A stretch of DNA of 64,000 nt from positions 3,136,001-3,200,000 of the forward strand of contig CBDIID010000003.1 in the NCBI GenBank assembly GCA_965279515.1, read 5' to 3'. The notes under the pieces were generated by a model. The model made no database searches, was not told the origin of the DNA, and saw nothing but the letters and a program-made list of their open reading frames with translations. Of the stretch, positions 28,905 through 37,400 are shown piece by piece; the first letter of the stretch is position 1, and every line of letters starts with the position of its first letter. The position numbers were made by a program, and so were the translations under genes. The stretch is from Turneriella sp. Lineage in GTDB: Bacteria > Spirochaetota > Leptospiria > Turneriellales > Turneriellaceae.

Positions 28905-30053
28905 ATGGAACTCCTGCGCAAACTTAGACCACTCTTCCTCGTCGCCTTCGCTCTGACGTTTGCGATCTTCGCGACGATTTATATCTTTCGTTTTTTCAAC
29001 CGCGCAAATCTCGAGAAGGCATTGGGCGGCCGTGAGAGCTTCTCGCTGCTCTTCGTCGTCACCTCGGCGCATGACGACAAGAAAGTTCAGGTCGTCTCCG
29101 TCGCCGAGGTTTTCCCTGCGACGCAGCGCATCGGCGTGATTTCGTTCTTCCCTGCGACACGCCTCAAAGACGATGCGTCCAGCCTCGAGGAAATCTATAA
29201 ATCCAAGGGTGTTTCGGGCGTCAGTTCAGCTGTTTCTGAGTTTTTAGGCGAGCGCATCGTCGCTTATGTCAAGGCGCGCGACAATACTTTGGCCCAATTT
29301 GTCGATATTTTGGGCGGAATTGAGTACTTTTTGCCTTCCACGGACCTGTTAAAGGATGAAAACCTGCCGCGCGGCCAGTTTGTGCTCGATGGCAGCCTGG
29401 TTTCCCGCCTGCTGAATCCGCCTGAAAAAAACGAATACACCCCGGCCTTCAAGCTGTTTCGCTACTATTCTCTCTTCCTCAATGCCTGGAACCAGCGCGC
29501 ACGACTCTGGCCCCTGATTAAAGAGGAAAAGGTATTCTCTGTCGCGGTCAAAAACCTCGAAACAAATACATCCGCCTCAGACCTTTTCGCTCTCTGCCAG
29601 CAGTTTGCCACACAGAAGGGCTGGGTGCCGATTCTGCTCGAGATACCCGTGCGCCGGGTAAAAGACGCCTTCCATGTCGACAAAGACTCCGTGGGCATCT
29701 CGATGCGTGCGCTGACGAAACAGCTGACGCAGAAAGAGCATCCCTTTGTGAACGACCCCCCGAAGATGGAAGTCAAGAATGGCACACACGTCGCCAACCT
29801 CGCGCGCACCATGCGCACCGAGCTTTCCCGTAAGGGCGTGCAGATTCTGGAATTTACCAACGCCGACCACAACGACTACGACAAAACTATACTCTTAGGT
29901 ACAAGCGGCAATGCCTTCTACCTCGAAAGCATCGCCCGCATCATGGGCGTACAGAAGTCGTATGCGGCGGTCAACCGCTCGCTCTTTACCGATCTCGTAC
30001 TGGTGCTCGGCAAAGACTACAACAAGCTTAAGGGCGAGGAGGTAATCCGCTAA
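28905..30053 (+). CDS. LCP (LytR/CpsA/Psr) family protein with LytR_C domain
   Basis: N-terminal TM, FVDILGGI, EVKNGT..LA..L..G, DLVLVLGKDY. Confidence 0.85.
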   Translation: MELLRKLRPLFLVAFALTFAIFATIYIFRFFNRANLEKALGGRESFSLLFVVTSAHDDKKVQVVSVAEVFPATQRIGVISFFPATRLKDDASSLEEIYKSKGVSGVSSAVSEFLGERIVAYVKARDNTLAQFVDILGGIEYFLPSTDLLKDENLPRGQFVLDGSLVSRLLNPPEKNEYTPAFKLFRYYSLFLNAWNQRARLWPLIKEEKVFSVAVKNLETNTSASDLFALCQQFATQKGWVPILLEIPVRRVKDAFHVDKDSVGISMRALTKQLTQKEHPFVNDPPKMEVKNGTHVANLARTMRTELSRKGVQILEFTNADHNDYDKTILLGTSGNAFYLESIARIMGVQKSYAAVNRSLFTDLVLVLGKDYNKLKGEEVIR

Positions 30054-30616
30054 TGGCAGACGACCTCAAGCAGATTGAGATTCTCACCAAGGCACTCGAC
30101 GCCAAAAAGGGTGGCGATATCACTGTGCTCGACCTCAGGGCGCAATCCTCATACCTGAGCTACTTTGTCATCGTTACCGCGCTCTCTAAGACGCACATCA
30201 AGACCCTCTTTGACGAAGTCCACAAGACCGCCGTTGAGAACGGCATCGAACGCCCGCGCGCGCAGGCACCGCAGTTCGAGAGCGGCTGGGTCACTTACGA
30301 CTTCGGCTTCTATGTCATCCATATCTTTGAAGAAGAAAAACGGAAATTTTATAACCTCGAAGGCATCTGGAAGGGCGCGACGCGCGTTTCTGCCGGTGCC
30401 GTAAGTTCTCATACCTCGGAAAGCGCTCAAACGCCGCGGAAAACTGTCGCCTCAAAAGCGAAAAAAACTGCAGCGAAACCTGAAAGCTTTGCGAAAAAAA
30501 AGACGACAATTAAGAAGAAGACGATTAAGGAGAAAACAATGGCGACAAAGAAAAAACCTGCAAAGAAAAAAGCGGCTAAAAAACCCGCAAAGAAAAAAGC
30601 CGCGAAGAAGAAGTAA
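30053..30616 (+). CDS. rsfS: Ribosome silencing factor with Lys/Ala-rich C-terminal extension
   Basis: KKGGDITVLDL, YFVIVT, W..DFG..VIHIF...RKFYNLEGIW. Confidence 0.92.
   Translation: MADDLKQIEILTKALDAKKGGDITVLDLRAQSSYLSYFVIVTALSKTHIKTLFDEVHKTAVENGIERPRAQAPQFESGWVTYDFGFYVIHIFEEEKRKFYNLEGIWKGATRVSAGAVSSHTSESAQTPRKTVASKAKKTAAKPESFAKKKTTIKKKTIKEKTMATKKKPAKKKAAKKPAKKKAAKKK
30539..30616 (+). CDS. Possible nested 25-aa histone H1-like peptide, in frame within rsfS
   Basis: TAAGGAG RBS 6 nt before ATG; MATKKKPAKKKAAKKPAKKKAAKKK. Confidence 0.5.
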   Translation: MATKKKPAKKKAAKKPAKKKAAKKK

Positions 30617-30650
30617 GCTTCGCGCCTTCCCCACGAGGGGATACATTGGT

Positions 30651-30698
30651 TAAGGGGCCGCAAAGGAACGGAAACGTTCCCGCGATGGCCCCTTTTTT
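30651..30698. terminator. Hairpin terminator between convergent rsfS and DUF3467 genes
   Basis: AAGGGGCC..GGAACG-GAAA-CGTTCC..GGCCCCTTTTTT. Confidence 0.75.
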
Positions 30699-30984
30699 AT
30701 TGCAGGGTTCTGTTTGTGGGTACCGCGACGCCGGTATCAATCGCACCGAACTGTTCTTCGTAGCGGCGCACGTTTTCCTGGAGAGCCTGGAGCAGGCGTT
30801 TCGCATGCCCTGGGGTTAGAATAATGCGTGAAACCAGCTTGCCGAACGGCGCCGGGTGTTGCTGAATAAAGAGGTAATCGAGGATGAACTCTTCCTTAGC
30901 ATGGCCGATATTGGTGACATTGGCGAACGTACCCTTAAGAATCTCGGGGTCGAGATGGATCTCAATTTTGTTTTCGCCGGCCAT
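30697..30984 (-). CDS. DUF3467 family protein
   Basis: GTFANV..EEFILD..SRIILTPGHAKRLLQALQENVRRYEEQFG. Confidence 0.9.
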   Translation of the reverse strand: MAGENKIEIHLDPEILKGTFANVTNIGHAKEEFILDYLFIQQHPAPFGKLVSRIILTPGHAKRLLQALQENVRRYEEQFGAIDTGVAVPTNRTLQ

Positions 30985-31029
30985 GTTTTGCGGGGGATTC
31001 ATGCCGCTCAAAAAAGACAGGCTTACTGC

Positions 31030-31056
31030 TTGACAACGACAAAAAAGAAGTATGAT
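31030..31056 (+). promoter_or_regulatory. Putative sigma70 promoter, likely leaderless
   Basis: TTGACA-15 nt-TATGAT, 6 nt before ATG 31063. Confidence 0.45.
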
Positions 31057-31062
31057 AGCGCC

Positions 31063-31617
31063 ATGTTCCAGCGTAAATATCCCGCGGTGATTGCCCTCAG
31101 CGTCTTTACAGCCATCTTTACCCTTTCCTGCTCTGATTATTCCCGCGACCGCTACGATGCGGCGTCACCCGATGAGAGAAGTCCGGCGCGCGATCAATTC
31201 GTTGGCAGCATCTACTTCGGCACCAGCTCATCGGCACTTTCGAAGGCCGCGCTGGCCGATCTGGGGCGCATGGCCAGCCGCATCCAGGAGCGCCGCGGCT
31301 CTACCGGGCGGGTCATCCTCATCGGTTATGCCGATCGCCACCGCGGGGTCGAAGAAAACTCAGAACTCGCAGGTGAACGTGCACAGCGGGTGGCGATAGC
31401 GCTTGAAAAGCGCGGCATCGAGCTCGAGCGTATCGTCATCGACGGCCGCGGAGTGCGCCTGACCCGGCAGCAAGAGGCCGAGCGGCGTGTAGATATCTAT
31501 CTCGAGAACGGCGGTGGCAGCGGACGGCGTCTGAATACGCTTTATCCGGTTCTCATCGGTTTTTTCCTGCTGGTGACTTTTGCGCTTGCTGTGGTGATCT
31601 TCCGCCGCCGGCGCTAA
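31063..31617 (+). CDS. OmpA-like domain lipoprotein with C-terminal TM tail
   Basis: TLSC lipobox, IGYAD..NSELAGERAQRV..RRVDI. Confidence 0.85.
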   Translation: MFQRKYPAVIALSVFTAIFTLSCSDYSRDRYDAASPDERSPARDQFVGSIYFGTSSSALSKAALADLGRMASRIQERRGSTGRVILIGYADRHRGVEENSELAGERAQRVAIALEKRGIELERIVIDGRGVRLTRQQEAERRVDIYLENGGGSGRRLNTLYPVLIGFFLLVTFALAVVIFRRRR

Positions 31618-31619
31618 GC

Positions 31620-32273
31620 TTAGGCAGCTTTGAAAAGCTGATCGACGATTTCTTTCGCGCGCGCGAGAAAGGCTTCTTCTTCGGCGCGTGTAAAAGGGCC
31701 CCAGACGCCCTTTTGCATGCGTTTAACCAGTTCCACGTATTCAAGCGAACCCGCCACCGTTAGCGCTGTCCGCGCCTTATTTTCAAAGATCTTGATCGAT
31801 GAGCCGTCGGGTGTGACCAAGGCCCGCGGAGGTATCTTGGTACCACCGCGAATCATGCAGCCTGCAGTAATCATTGCACCGTCGCCGATTTCAGCATCGT
31901 CCAGAATGATACTGCCGATACCAATCAGCACCGCGCGGCCGATTTTGCAGCCGTGCAGCATTGCATTGTGTCCGACGAGCGTATAGTCGCCGATCGTGAC
32001 GCCGCGCCGTGAGTCGCAGTGAATAGTGCTGTTATCCTGGATGTTAACGTATTTGCCGAGCACGACAGAATTCATGTCGGCCCGGGCAACGACCCCCGGC
32101 CAAAGTGACGAAAATTCGCCCATCGTGGCGTCGCCAAAGACGGTCGCATTCCTGTGAATAAATGCAGTGGGATGGATTTTTTCGGCAGTATATTCTGGTT
32201 TCTGCCTGGCTATGGCCTTCGCAGGTTTCGCCCCAGCCTTTTTCACACTGGATTTTTTCTTCTTGGGTGGCAT
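31620..32273 (-). CDS. Gamma carbonic anhydrase family protein
   Basis: NIQDNSTIH, VGHNAMLHGC hexapeptide repeats. Confidence 0.9.
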   Translation of the reverse strand: MPPKKKKSSVKKAGAKPAKAIARQKPEYTAEKIHPTAFIHRNATVFGDATMGEFSSLWPGVVARADMNSVVLGKYVNIQDNSTIHCDSRRGVTIGDYTLVGHNAMLHGCKIGRAVLIGIGSIILDDAEIGDGAMITAGCMIRGGTKIPPRALVTPDGSSIKIFENKARTALTVAGSLEYVELVKRMQKGVWGPFTRAEEEAFLARAKEIVDQLFKAA

Positions 32274-32280
32274 CGCTAAA

Positions 32281-33177
32281 TTAAGAACCCGCGGTGAATT
32301 GGCGCTTGTAAATGGCGTAATCCCCTTCACGCTGGCTGATATAATAGAGCCGGCTCGCCTTTATATCGAGTACGGGAAAAAGATCGTTGCCGGGCGAGTT
32401 CGTGACCTGATCGACGCGATTTTTTCCCAGTGAAACTGCATAGATATCGTTATTGCCAGAGACATTGGAAACTGCAAAGAGCAGCAGCCCCTGGATGTCA
32501 GTGGTCGGTTGAAACGTGAAGCCGCCCGGTCCGAAGAGCGGTGATATCTGTTTTGAGCCGCGCTCAAGCCGAAAGAGAGAGAACGAACTACCCGCGCGGT
32601 TTGAGTAAAAGAAAATGCTCTGCCCTGAAGACGAATATACCGGGCCGAAATCGAAATTTTGTTCGCTGGTAAGCCGCGTCTCTTTACTGGTGGCCAGGTT
32701 TAATTCATAGAGATTGTATTTGTTATCTCTCTTGGAATAATACGTCAGGGTGCGCCCATCGGGTGAGATGGCGGGAAATTCACACCAGAAGTTGCGGTCG
32801 GTGACGGGTGATACGGTACCGTCGCTGAGATTTACTTTTTTGATCGAGCCCGAACCAGCTTCATTGATGAAATAATAAATTTCTTTGCCGTCGCGTGAGA
32901 ACACCGGTTGTGATTCGAGGTAAGAGGTCTTGGTTACGGTGTTTTTTTCTTGTGTCTCCATATTGTAGACAACGATGTCACCCTTCTGGTCGCGGTAGTC
33001 TGAGCTGAAGGCCAGGGATTTGCCGTCGGGTGAAATGGCCAGAGTCTGCAGTTTGCCGTATTCACCGAAAATACGCACAGGTTCCTGGATAGTGAAACTC
33101 ACAGCCGTTAATATTTCTGTCAGCGACAACGCCACCGCGAGTGTCGAAAAAAAGAGAAATGCGTAGGCTGAACGCAT
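32281..33177 (-). CDS. TolB-like PD40 beta-propeller protein
   Basis: Repeated ISPDGK/FSRDGK/ISPDGR motifs, signal peptide. Confidence 0.88.
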   Translation of the reverse strand: MRSAYAFLFFSTLAVALSLTEILTAVSFTIQEPVRIFGEYGKLQTLAISPDGKSLAFSSDYRDQKGDIVVYNMETQEKNTVTKTSYLESQPVFSRDGKEIYYFINEAGSGSIKKVNLSDGTVSPVTDRNFWCEFPAISPDGRTLTYYSKRDNKYNLYELNLATSKETRLTSEQNFDFGPVYSSSGQSIFFYSNRAGSSFSLFRLERGSKQISPLFGPGGFTFQPTTDIQGLLLFAVSNVSGNNDIYAVSLGKNRVDQVTNSPGNDLFPVLDIKASRLYYISQREGDYAIYKRQFTAGS

Positions 33178-33272
33178 TCGCCACCTTAAAGGAGCGTCTC
33201 GCTCCTGCAAGCCGCAAAATATCCACTGCCATGGCGGGTTTTGCGACCCATAGAGTACAGATGCGGATTGAG

Positions 33273-34055
33273 CTAGAACAGCTTAAACAGACCCATCATG
33301 CCCGGAGCCAACCGGCGCATGAGGTCCAGTACCTTCGCTGTCGGACCAGGCAGGATAAAATCTGTCTTATTGGCAATGGCCTTAATCGTCTCGCGGATGA
33401 CGTTATCGGGCGATTCGATCATGAATTGCGGGTAGTCGTTGATATCGATATTCACGCCAAAACGTTCGGACTGCAGAATCGCGGTGCGCGTAAAAAACGG
33501 ATGCACTGTAGAGACATGAATGCCCTGCTTATGGTAATCCATACGAATGGCGTCAGAGAAACCTTTGATTCCATGCTTCGACGCGGTATAAGGCGCGCCG
33601 CCGGGCATAGGCACGATACCAGCCACCGACGAGATATTCACAATGTGCCCGCTGCCGCGCGAAGCCATGTCGGGCAGAAAATAGTGGCAGATACGCATCG
33701 GGGAAATCAGGTTAATGTTCATGAGTTTTTCCCAGCGGTCGAGCGGCACCTCGCCGAACGGCCCGGCCTGGGCAATACCGGCATTGTTAATGATGATGTC
33801 GGGGCAGGGCGTAATCTTTTTGACATCGGCCAAAAAGCGTTCCGTACCTTCTTTCGTGGAAATATCACCGGCAAAGAATCCCAGAACCTTGCCAGGCCCC
33901 GAGTAAGTTTTGTAGCTGGCCAGTGATTCAGCTTTGACATCCGACAAAATCAGATGGCCACCAAGTTCGAGAAGCTGCGTCGCAAACTGCGCGCCGAGGC
34001 CGCCCGAAGCGCCTGTGAGAAGAATGCTCTTGCCTTCAAAATATTTCATGGGCAT
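33273..34055 (-). CDS. SDR family oxidoreductase
   Basis: TGASGGLG, NNAG, YTASK. Confidence 0.93.
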   Translation of the reverse strand: MPMKYFEGKSILLTGASGGLGAQFATQLLELGGHLILSDVKAESLASYKTYSGPGKVLGFFAGDISTKEGTERFLADVKKITPCPDIIINNAGIAQAGPFGEVPLDRWEKLMNINLISPMRICHYFLPDMASRGSGHIVNISSVAGIVPMPGGAPYTASKHGIKGFSDAIRMDYHKQGIHVSTVHPFFTRTAILQSERFGVNIDINDYPQFMIESPDNVIRETIKAIANKTDFILPGPTAKVLDLMRRLAPGMMGLFKLF

Positions 34056-34146
34056 TCGTTTAAAAGTTGAACACTGCGTCAATTATTAGCTATAGTGGGA
34101 TATCCCCAGTTCTTTACCCTTCGTCTTCGCTACCGCTTTTGCCGGG

Positions 34147-35577
34147 GTGACTTCGGTTATTGCATCGTATCTCGGCGGCCTCGCGGCAGTGCTCGGTGTT
34201 TTGCTTCGCCTTGCGGCCGGGGCGGTGGGCAGCTGGTTTCAGTCGCAGAAGGTAAAGATCATTGTCCTGCTGCTGGCTATCCCGCTTTTGCTTTCTCTCG
34301 TGCACCATCTCTTGCCCGGCACCCTGGGGCGATGGTATGCGGACCTCGATCAGAAAAAGGCGGGCTTTGCCGCAACGTGGCGTGCCTTCGATGCGCGTTG
34401 CAGCGTCTCGGTTTGCCGTTATCTTTTCCCGTCGCCGATGCGTCACTATGAGCTCCATGTCAAAGAAGAGGCGGGGTTTGAGAAATTCACCGCGGCGCTG
34501 AAGCGGCGCAATGAAAAACTTCCGCCGGCCCGCAGCGCCGAAGCGCAGGAGTTCATTCGACGCTTTATACCCGGCCGTTCAGACGCCTACACTTCGGGTC
34601 GGCGGGCGCAGGGCCCGGAAAATATTTCCACGATTTACCTGACCGGCACGTCGGCGCGCCCGGCGAGGGTCGATAAATATCTGAGTTTCAGCCGCGCACA
34701 AAAGCTCAACGGCATCTGCTTTGACATCAAAGACGTTTATGGTTTTGTGAACTATAAAACCAACTTGCCTGAGGTTAAATTGACCCAGGGCAAAATCACT
34801 CCGCCGTTGGGTGAACTAGCTCCCCTCATTGCCTATTACAAAAGCAAAAAGTTCTACACAATCGCCCGCGTCGCGATGCACCAGGACGAACTCATGGCGG
34901 GCAAATTTCCCGACCGGCAGATTAAGCTGAAATCGGGCGGACCGCTCTTAACCAAGGGGCGCACTGTCTGGGTTGACCCCAACAAAAAAGCGGTGCAGGA
35001 CTATAACCTCGCCATCATCCGCGAGGTACTGCAGGCGGGCGCCGATGAGATCCAGCTCGACTACATCCGTTACCCCGCCGAGGGCGATTGGAAAATCGCC
35101 GAGTATGATGGCCTGAAAGATTTCGACGACAAGCCGCGCATCATTGGGCACTTTCTGCAGCGCGTGCATTCCCTGACGCGCGCCTATGGCGCCTACCTGT
35201 CGCTTGACGTGTTCGGTGTAGTCGCCTGGCAGGAACCCCTCGATATCAAGAGCACGGGGCAGAACATGCACGTGCTCGGGCAGGCGGCCGATGTGCTGTC
35301 GCCGATGCTTTACCCCTCGCACTTCGGCCATTCCTTTGGCGGCGTGAGCAATCCCGCCGATAAGCCCGCGCTTTTCTTAGAAGAGGGCGTCAGCAACCTG
35401 AGAGAGATCAATAAGACGCAAATCATTCGCCCATGGTTGCAGGCATTCAAGTGGCGGGTGACACACTATACGCCGCAGTATATCACCGAGCAGATCCGCG
35501 GTTCGAAAAAAGCCGGCGGGCAGGGCTATCTGCTCTGGAATGCCGGCAATATCTACGAACACTATTCGGAGCCCTAG
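34147..35577 (+). CDS. Putative glycoside hydrolase (DUF4015-like)
   Basis: DEIQLDYIRYP, LSLDVFG, SPMLYPSHF, RPWLQAF, LWNAGN. Confidence 0.85.
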   Translation: MTSVIASYLGGLAAVLGVLLRLAAGAVGSWFQSQKVKIIVLLLAIPLLLSLVHHLLPGTLGRWYADLDQKKAGFAATWRAFDARCSVSVCRYLFPSPMRHYELHVKEEAGFEKFTAALKRRNEKLPPARSAEAQEFIRRFIPGRSDAYTSGRRAQGPENISTIYLTGTSARPARVDKYLSFSRAQKLNGICFDIKDVYGFVNYKTNLPEVKLTQGKITPPLGELAPLIAYYKSKKFYTIARVAMHQDELMAGKFPDRQIKLKSGGPLLTKGRTVWVDPNKKAVQDYNLAIIREVLQAGADEIQLDYIRYPAEGDWKIAEYDGLKDFDDKPRIIGHFLQRVHSLTRAYGAYLSLDVFGVVAWQEPLDIKSTGQNMHVLGQAADVLSPMLYPSHFGHSFGGVSNPADKPALFLEEGVSNLREINKTQIIRPWLQAFKWRVTHYTPQYITEQIRGSKKAGGQGYLLWNAGNIYEHYSEP

Positions 35578-35579
35578 GC

Positions 35580-36647
35580 TTGCAGAGCTTTTGGCCGCGG
35601 GAATACTCTGCGCTCGACTTTGAACTGCCTGAAAAATTAATCGCGGCGCAGCCGGTCTCCCCAGCCGACCACGCGCGGCTGATGGTCATCGATCGCACCA
35701 CGGGCACGATTCAGCACGATCACTTTTACAATCTGGGCAGGTACCTTTTGGCAGGCGATGCCATCTTCTACAACGCGACGCGGGTAGAAGAGAGAAGGGC
35801 GTATCTTAAAAAGCCGGGTAGTGAGAAAAATTTTGAATGTGTATTTTTAAAAGTCGCCCCTAAGTCTGGGGGAAGGGTTGGGGATGGGGGCGTCTGGCAG
35901 GTTCTCATGCGCAGCATCCGTCGCCTGAAAGACGGCCAGCTGCTGCAGGCGGTGAAAGATGCCACATATGAATTCACGCTGCGCCGGGAAGATGATAGGA
36001 TCTACCTCGAATCTAAAACTCCGCTCGCCGCAGCCGACTTCGCGCGCATCGGTGAGATGCCGATACCGCCTTATATGCGCCGCGCGGCTGATGCCACGGA
36101 TGCGGAAACTTACCAGAACTTCTTTAACGAGCAGATCGAGCAGAAGGAGAAAATCTCCGGCTCGGCGGCTTCACCGACGGCAGCGCTGCATTTTACGCCT
36201 GAGCTGTTTGATAAGGTGAAAGCGGGCGGCATCGAATTCCACCCGGTCTGCCTCGATATTGGCTATGGCACTTTTGCGCCCGTCACAGAAGCAAATTTCG
36301 CACAGCGCAAGCTGCACTCTGAGCATTATTACATACCGCCCGCGAGCATCCGCAGGCTCGAAACGGCTGTGGGCCGAAAAATCGCCCTGGGCACGACGTC
36401 GCTGCGGGCGCTGCTCTCGCTTGCACATTATGGCGCACCGGAAGGTGAAACGGAGATTTTTATCAAACCGGGTGATATCCTCCCCGGCGTCGATGGGCTT
36501 ATCACCAACTTCCACCTGCCGCAATCGAGCCTCATTTTGCTGACGGCCGCATTCTGCGGCGAAAAACTTCTCGCAGATGCCTACCACGAAGCCATTCGAC
36601 TCGGCTACCGTTTCTATTCGTACGGTGATGCCATGCTCATAATCTGA
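35580..36647 (+). CDS. queA: S-adenosylmethionine:tRNA ribosyltransferase-isomerase
   Basis: DFELPEKLIAAQP, GEMPIPPY, PTAALHFT, ITNFHLPQS, YRFYSYGDAMLI; TTG start inferred. Confidence 0.95.
   Translation: MQSFWPREYSALDFELPEKLIAAQPVSPADHARLMVIDRTTGTIQHDHFYNLGRYLLAGDAIFYNATRVEERRAYLKKPGSEKNFECVFLKVAPKSGGRVGDGGVWQVLMRSIRRLKDGQLLQAVKDATYEFTLRREDDRIYLESKTPLAAADFARIGEMPIPPYMRRAADATDAETYQNFFNEQIEQKEKISGSAASPTAALHFTPELFDKVKAGGIEFHPVCLDIGYGTFAPVTEANFAQRKLHSEHYYIPPASIRRLETAVGRKIALGTTSLRALLSLAHYGAPEGETEIFIKPGDILPGVDGLITNFHLPQSSLILLTAAFCGEKLLADAYHEAIRLGYRFYSYGDAMLII
35856..35891. repeat. REP-like half unit in frame inside queA
   Basis: GCCCCTAAGTCTGGGGGAAGGGTTGGGGATGGGGGC resembles 14855-14884. Confidence 0.6.
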
Positions 36648-36684
36648 TTTCAGGGTCACTGCGCGGAGTCGAAGTGACCGCAGA

Positions 36685-37341
36685 TTGAACTTGCGCTTGC
36701 CATTGTTATTTCTTTTGACGGCTGTCTTTTTCCTATTATTCGCCGCCGATTCCGTCAAAAAGAACAATCCCAATAAAGTCGCCGATTTTGCCGAGATCGA
36801 ATCACGCATCTATAAGAATGAGATGCTCGAGAATTTCGAAGAAAAGGCGCTGGCCGAGATTTTTCTGCCGCAAGATACCGAGGCGGATGTTTCGCTCTCA
36901 CGCGAGCTGGCGCCGCCGGTTTCAGAATCGAACCAGTACGTGAGCGTGCGCATCAAAACCCCCGAGACGCGGCGGGTACGGCTGCAGTTCAAGACCCCTC
37001 CCGAGATCAAAGGCTATTGCCGCGCCTTTAACTTTTGGCTGAGTGTCGAGAAGCTGCATGCCCGCATCACCCTGATCGTTGAAGACCGCGAAGGCAAACG
37101 CCACTTTCTGGACAGCGGCGACCTGCAGTTCCGTGGCTGGCGCAAGATTCGCCTGCCGGTAGGGCAGCGCATTCGCCAGCACGACCTCTACCTCAATGAA
37201 AAGGCACCGCTTAAAGTCATTGGGATTGAAACCGTGTTTGCGGCCAAGTACACGAAAGGAAAATTGCCGCTGATTCTGATCGATGAGATTGCGGCCGAGG
37301 TGCGCGAAAAATACGAAATACCCCCACCGTTGAAGAAGTAG
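36685..37341 (+). CDS. Flagellar filament outer layer FlaA-like protein
   Basis: Signal peptide; GDLQFRGWRKI..P..IRQ motif. Confidence 0.7.
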   Translation: MNLRLPLLFLLTAVFFLLFAADSVKKNNPNKVADFAEIESRIYKNEMLENFEEKALAEIFLPQDTEADVSLSRELAPPVSESNQYVSVRIKTPETRRVRLQFKTPPEIKGYCRAFNFWLSVEKLHARITLIVEDREGKRHFLDSGDLQFRGWRKIRLPVGQRIRQHDLYLNEKAPLKVIGIETVFAAKYTKGKLPLILIDEIAAEVREKYEIPPPLKK

Positions 37342-37400
37342 TCCCCCACCGCCCTTGCGGGCACCTCCCCCGCATGCGGGGGAGGTTGGGAGGGGGACTA
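37339..37400. repeat. REP-like palindromic element between convergent genes
   Basis: Ends TAGTCCCCC / GGGGGACTA; internal hairpins GCCC..GGGC and CCTCCCCCGC-AT-GCGGGGGAGG. Confidence 0.8.

Noticed and set aside
30440..30616. A-rich tandem repeats suggesting an array
   Set aside because: Explained by Lys/Ala codons; no CRISPR repeat-spacer structure.
33141..33926. 261-aa plus-strand ORF
   Set aside because: Antisense shadow of the SDR gene.
35433..35579. Upstream extension of the queA ORF in the track
   Set aside because: Overlaps the preceding gene; QueA homology starts after 35580.
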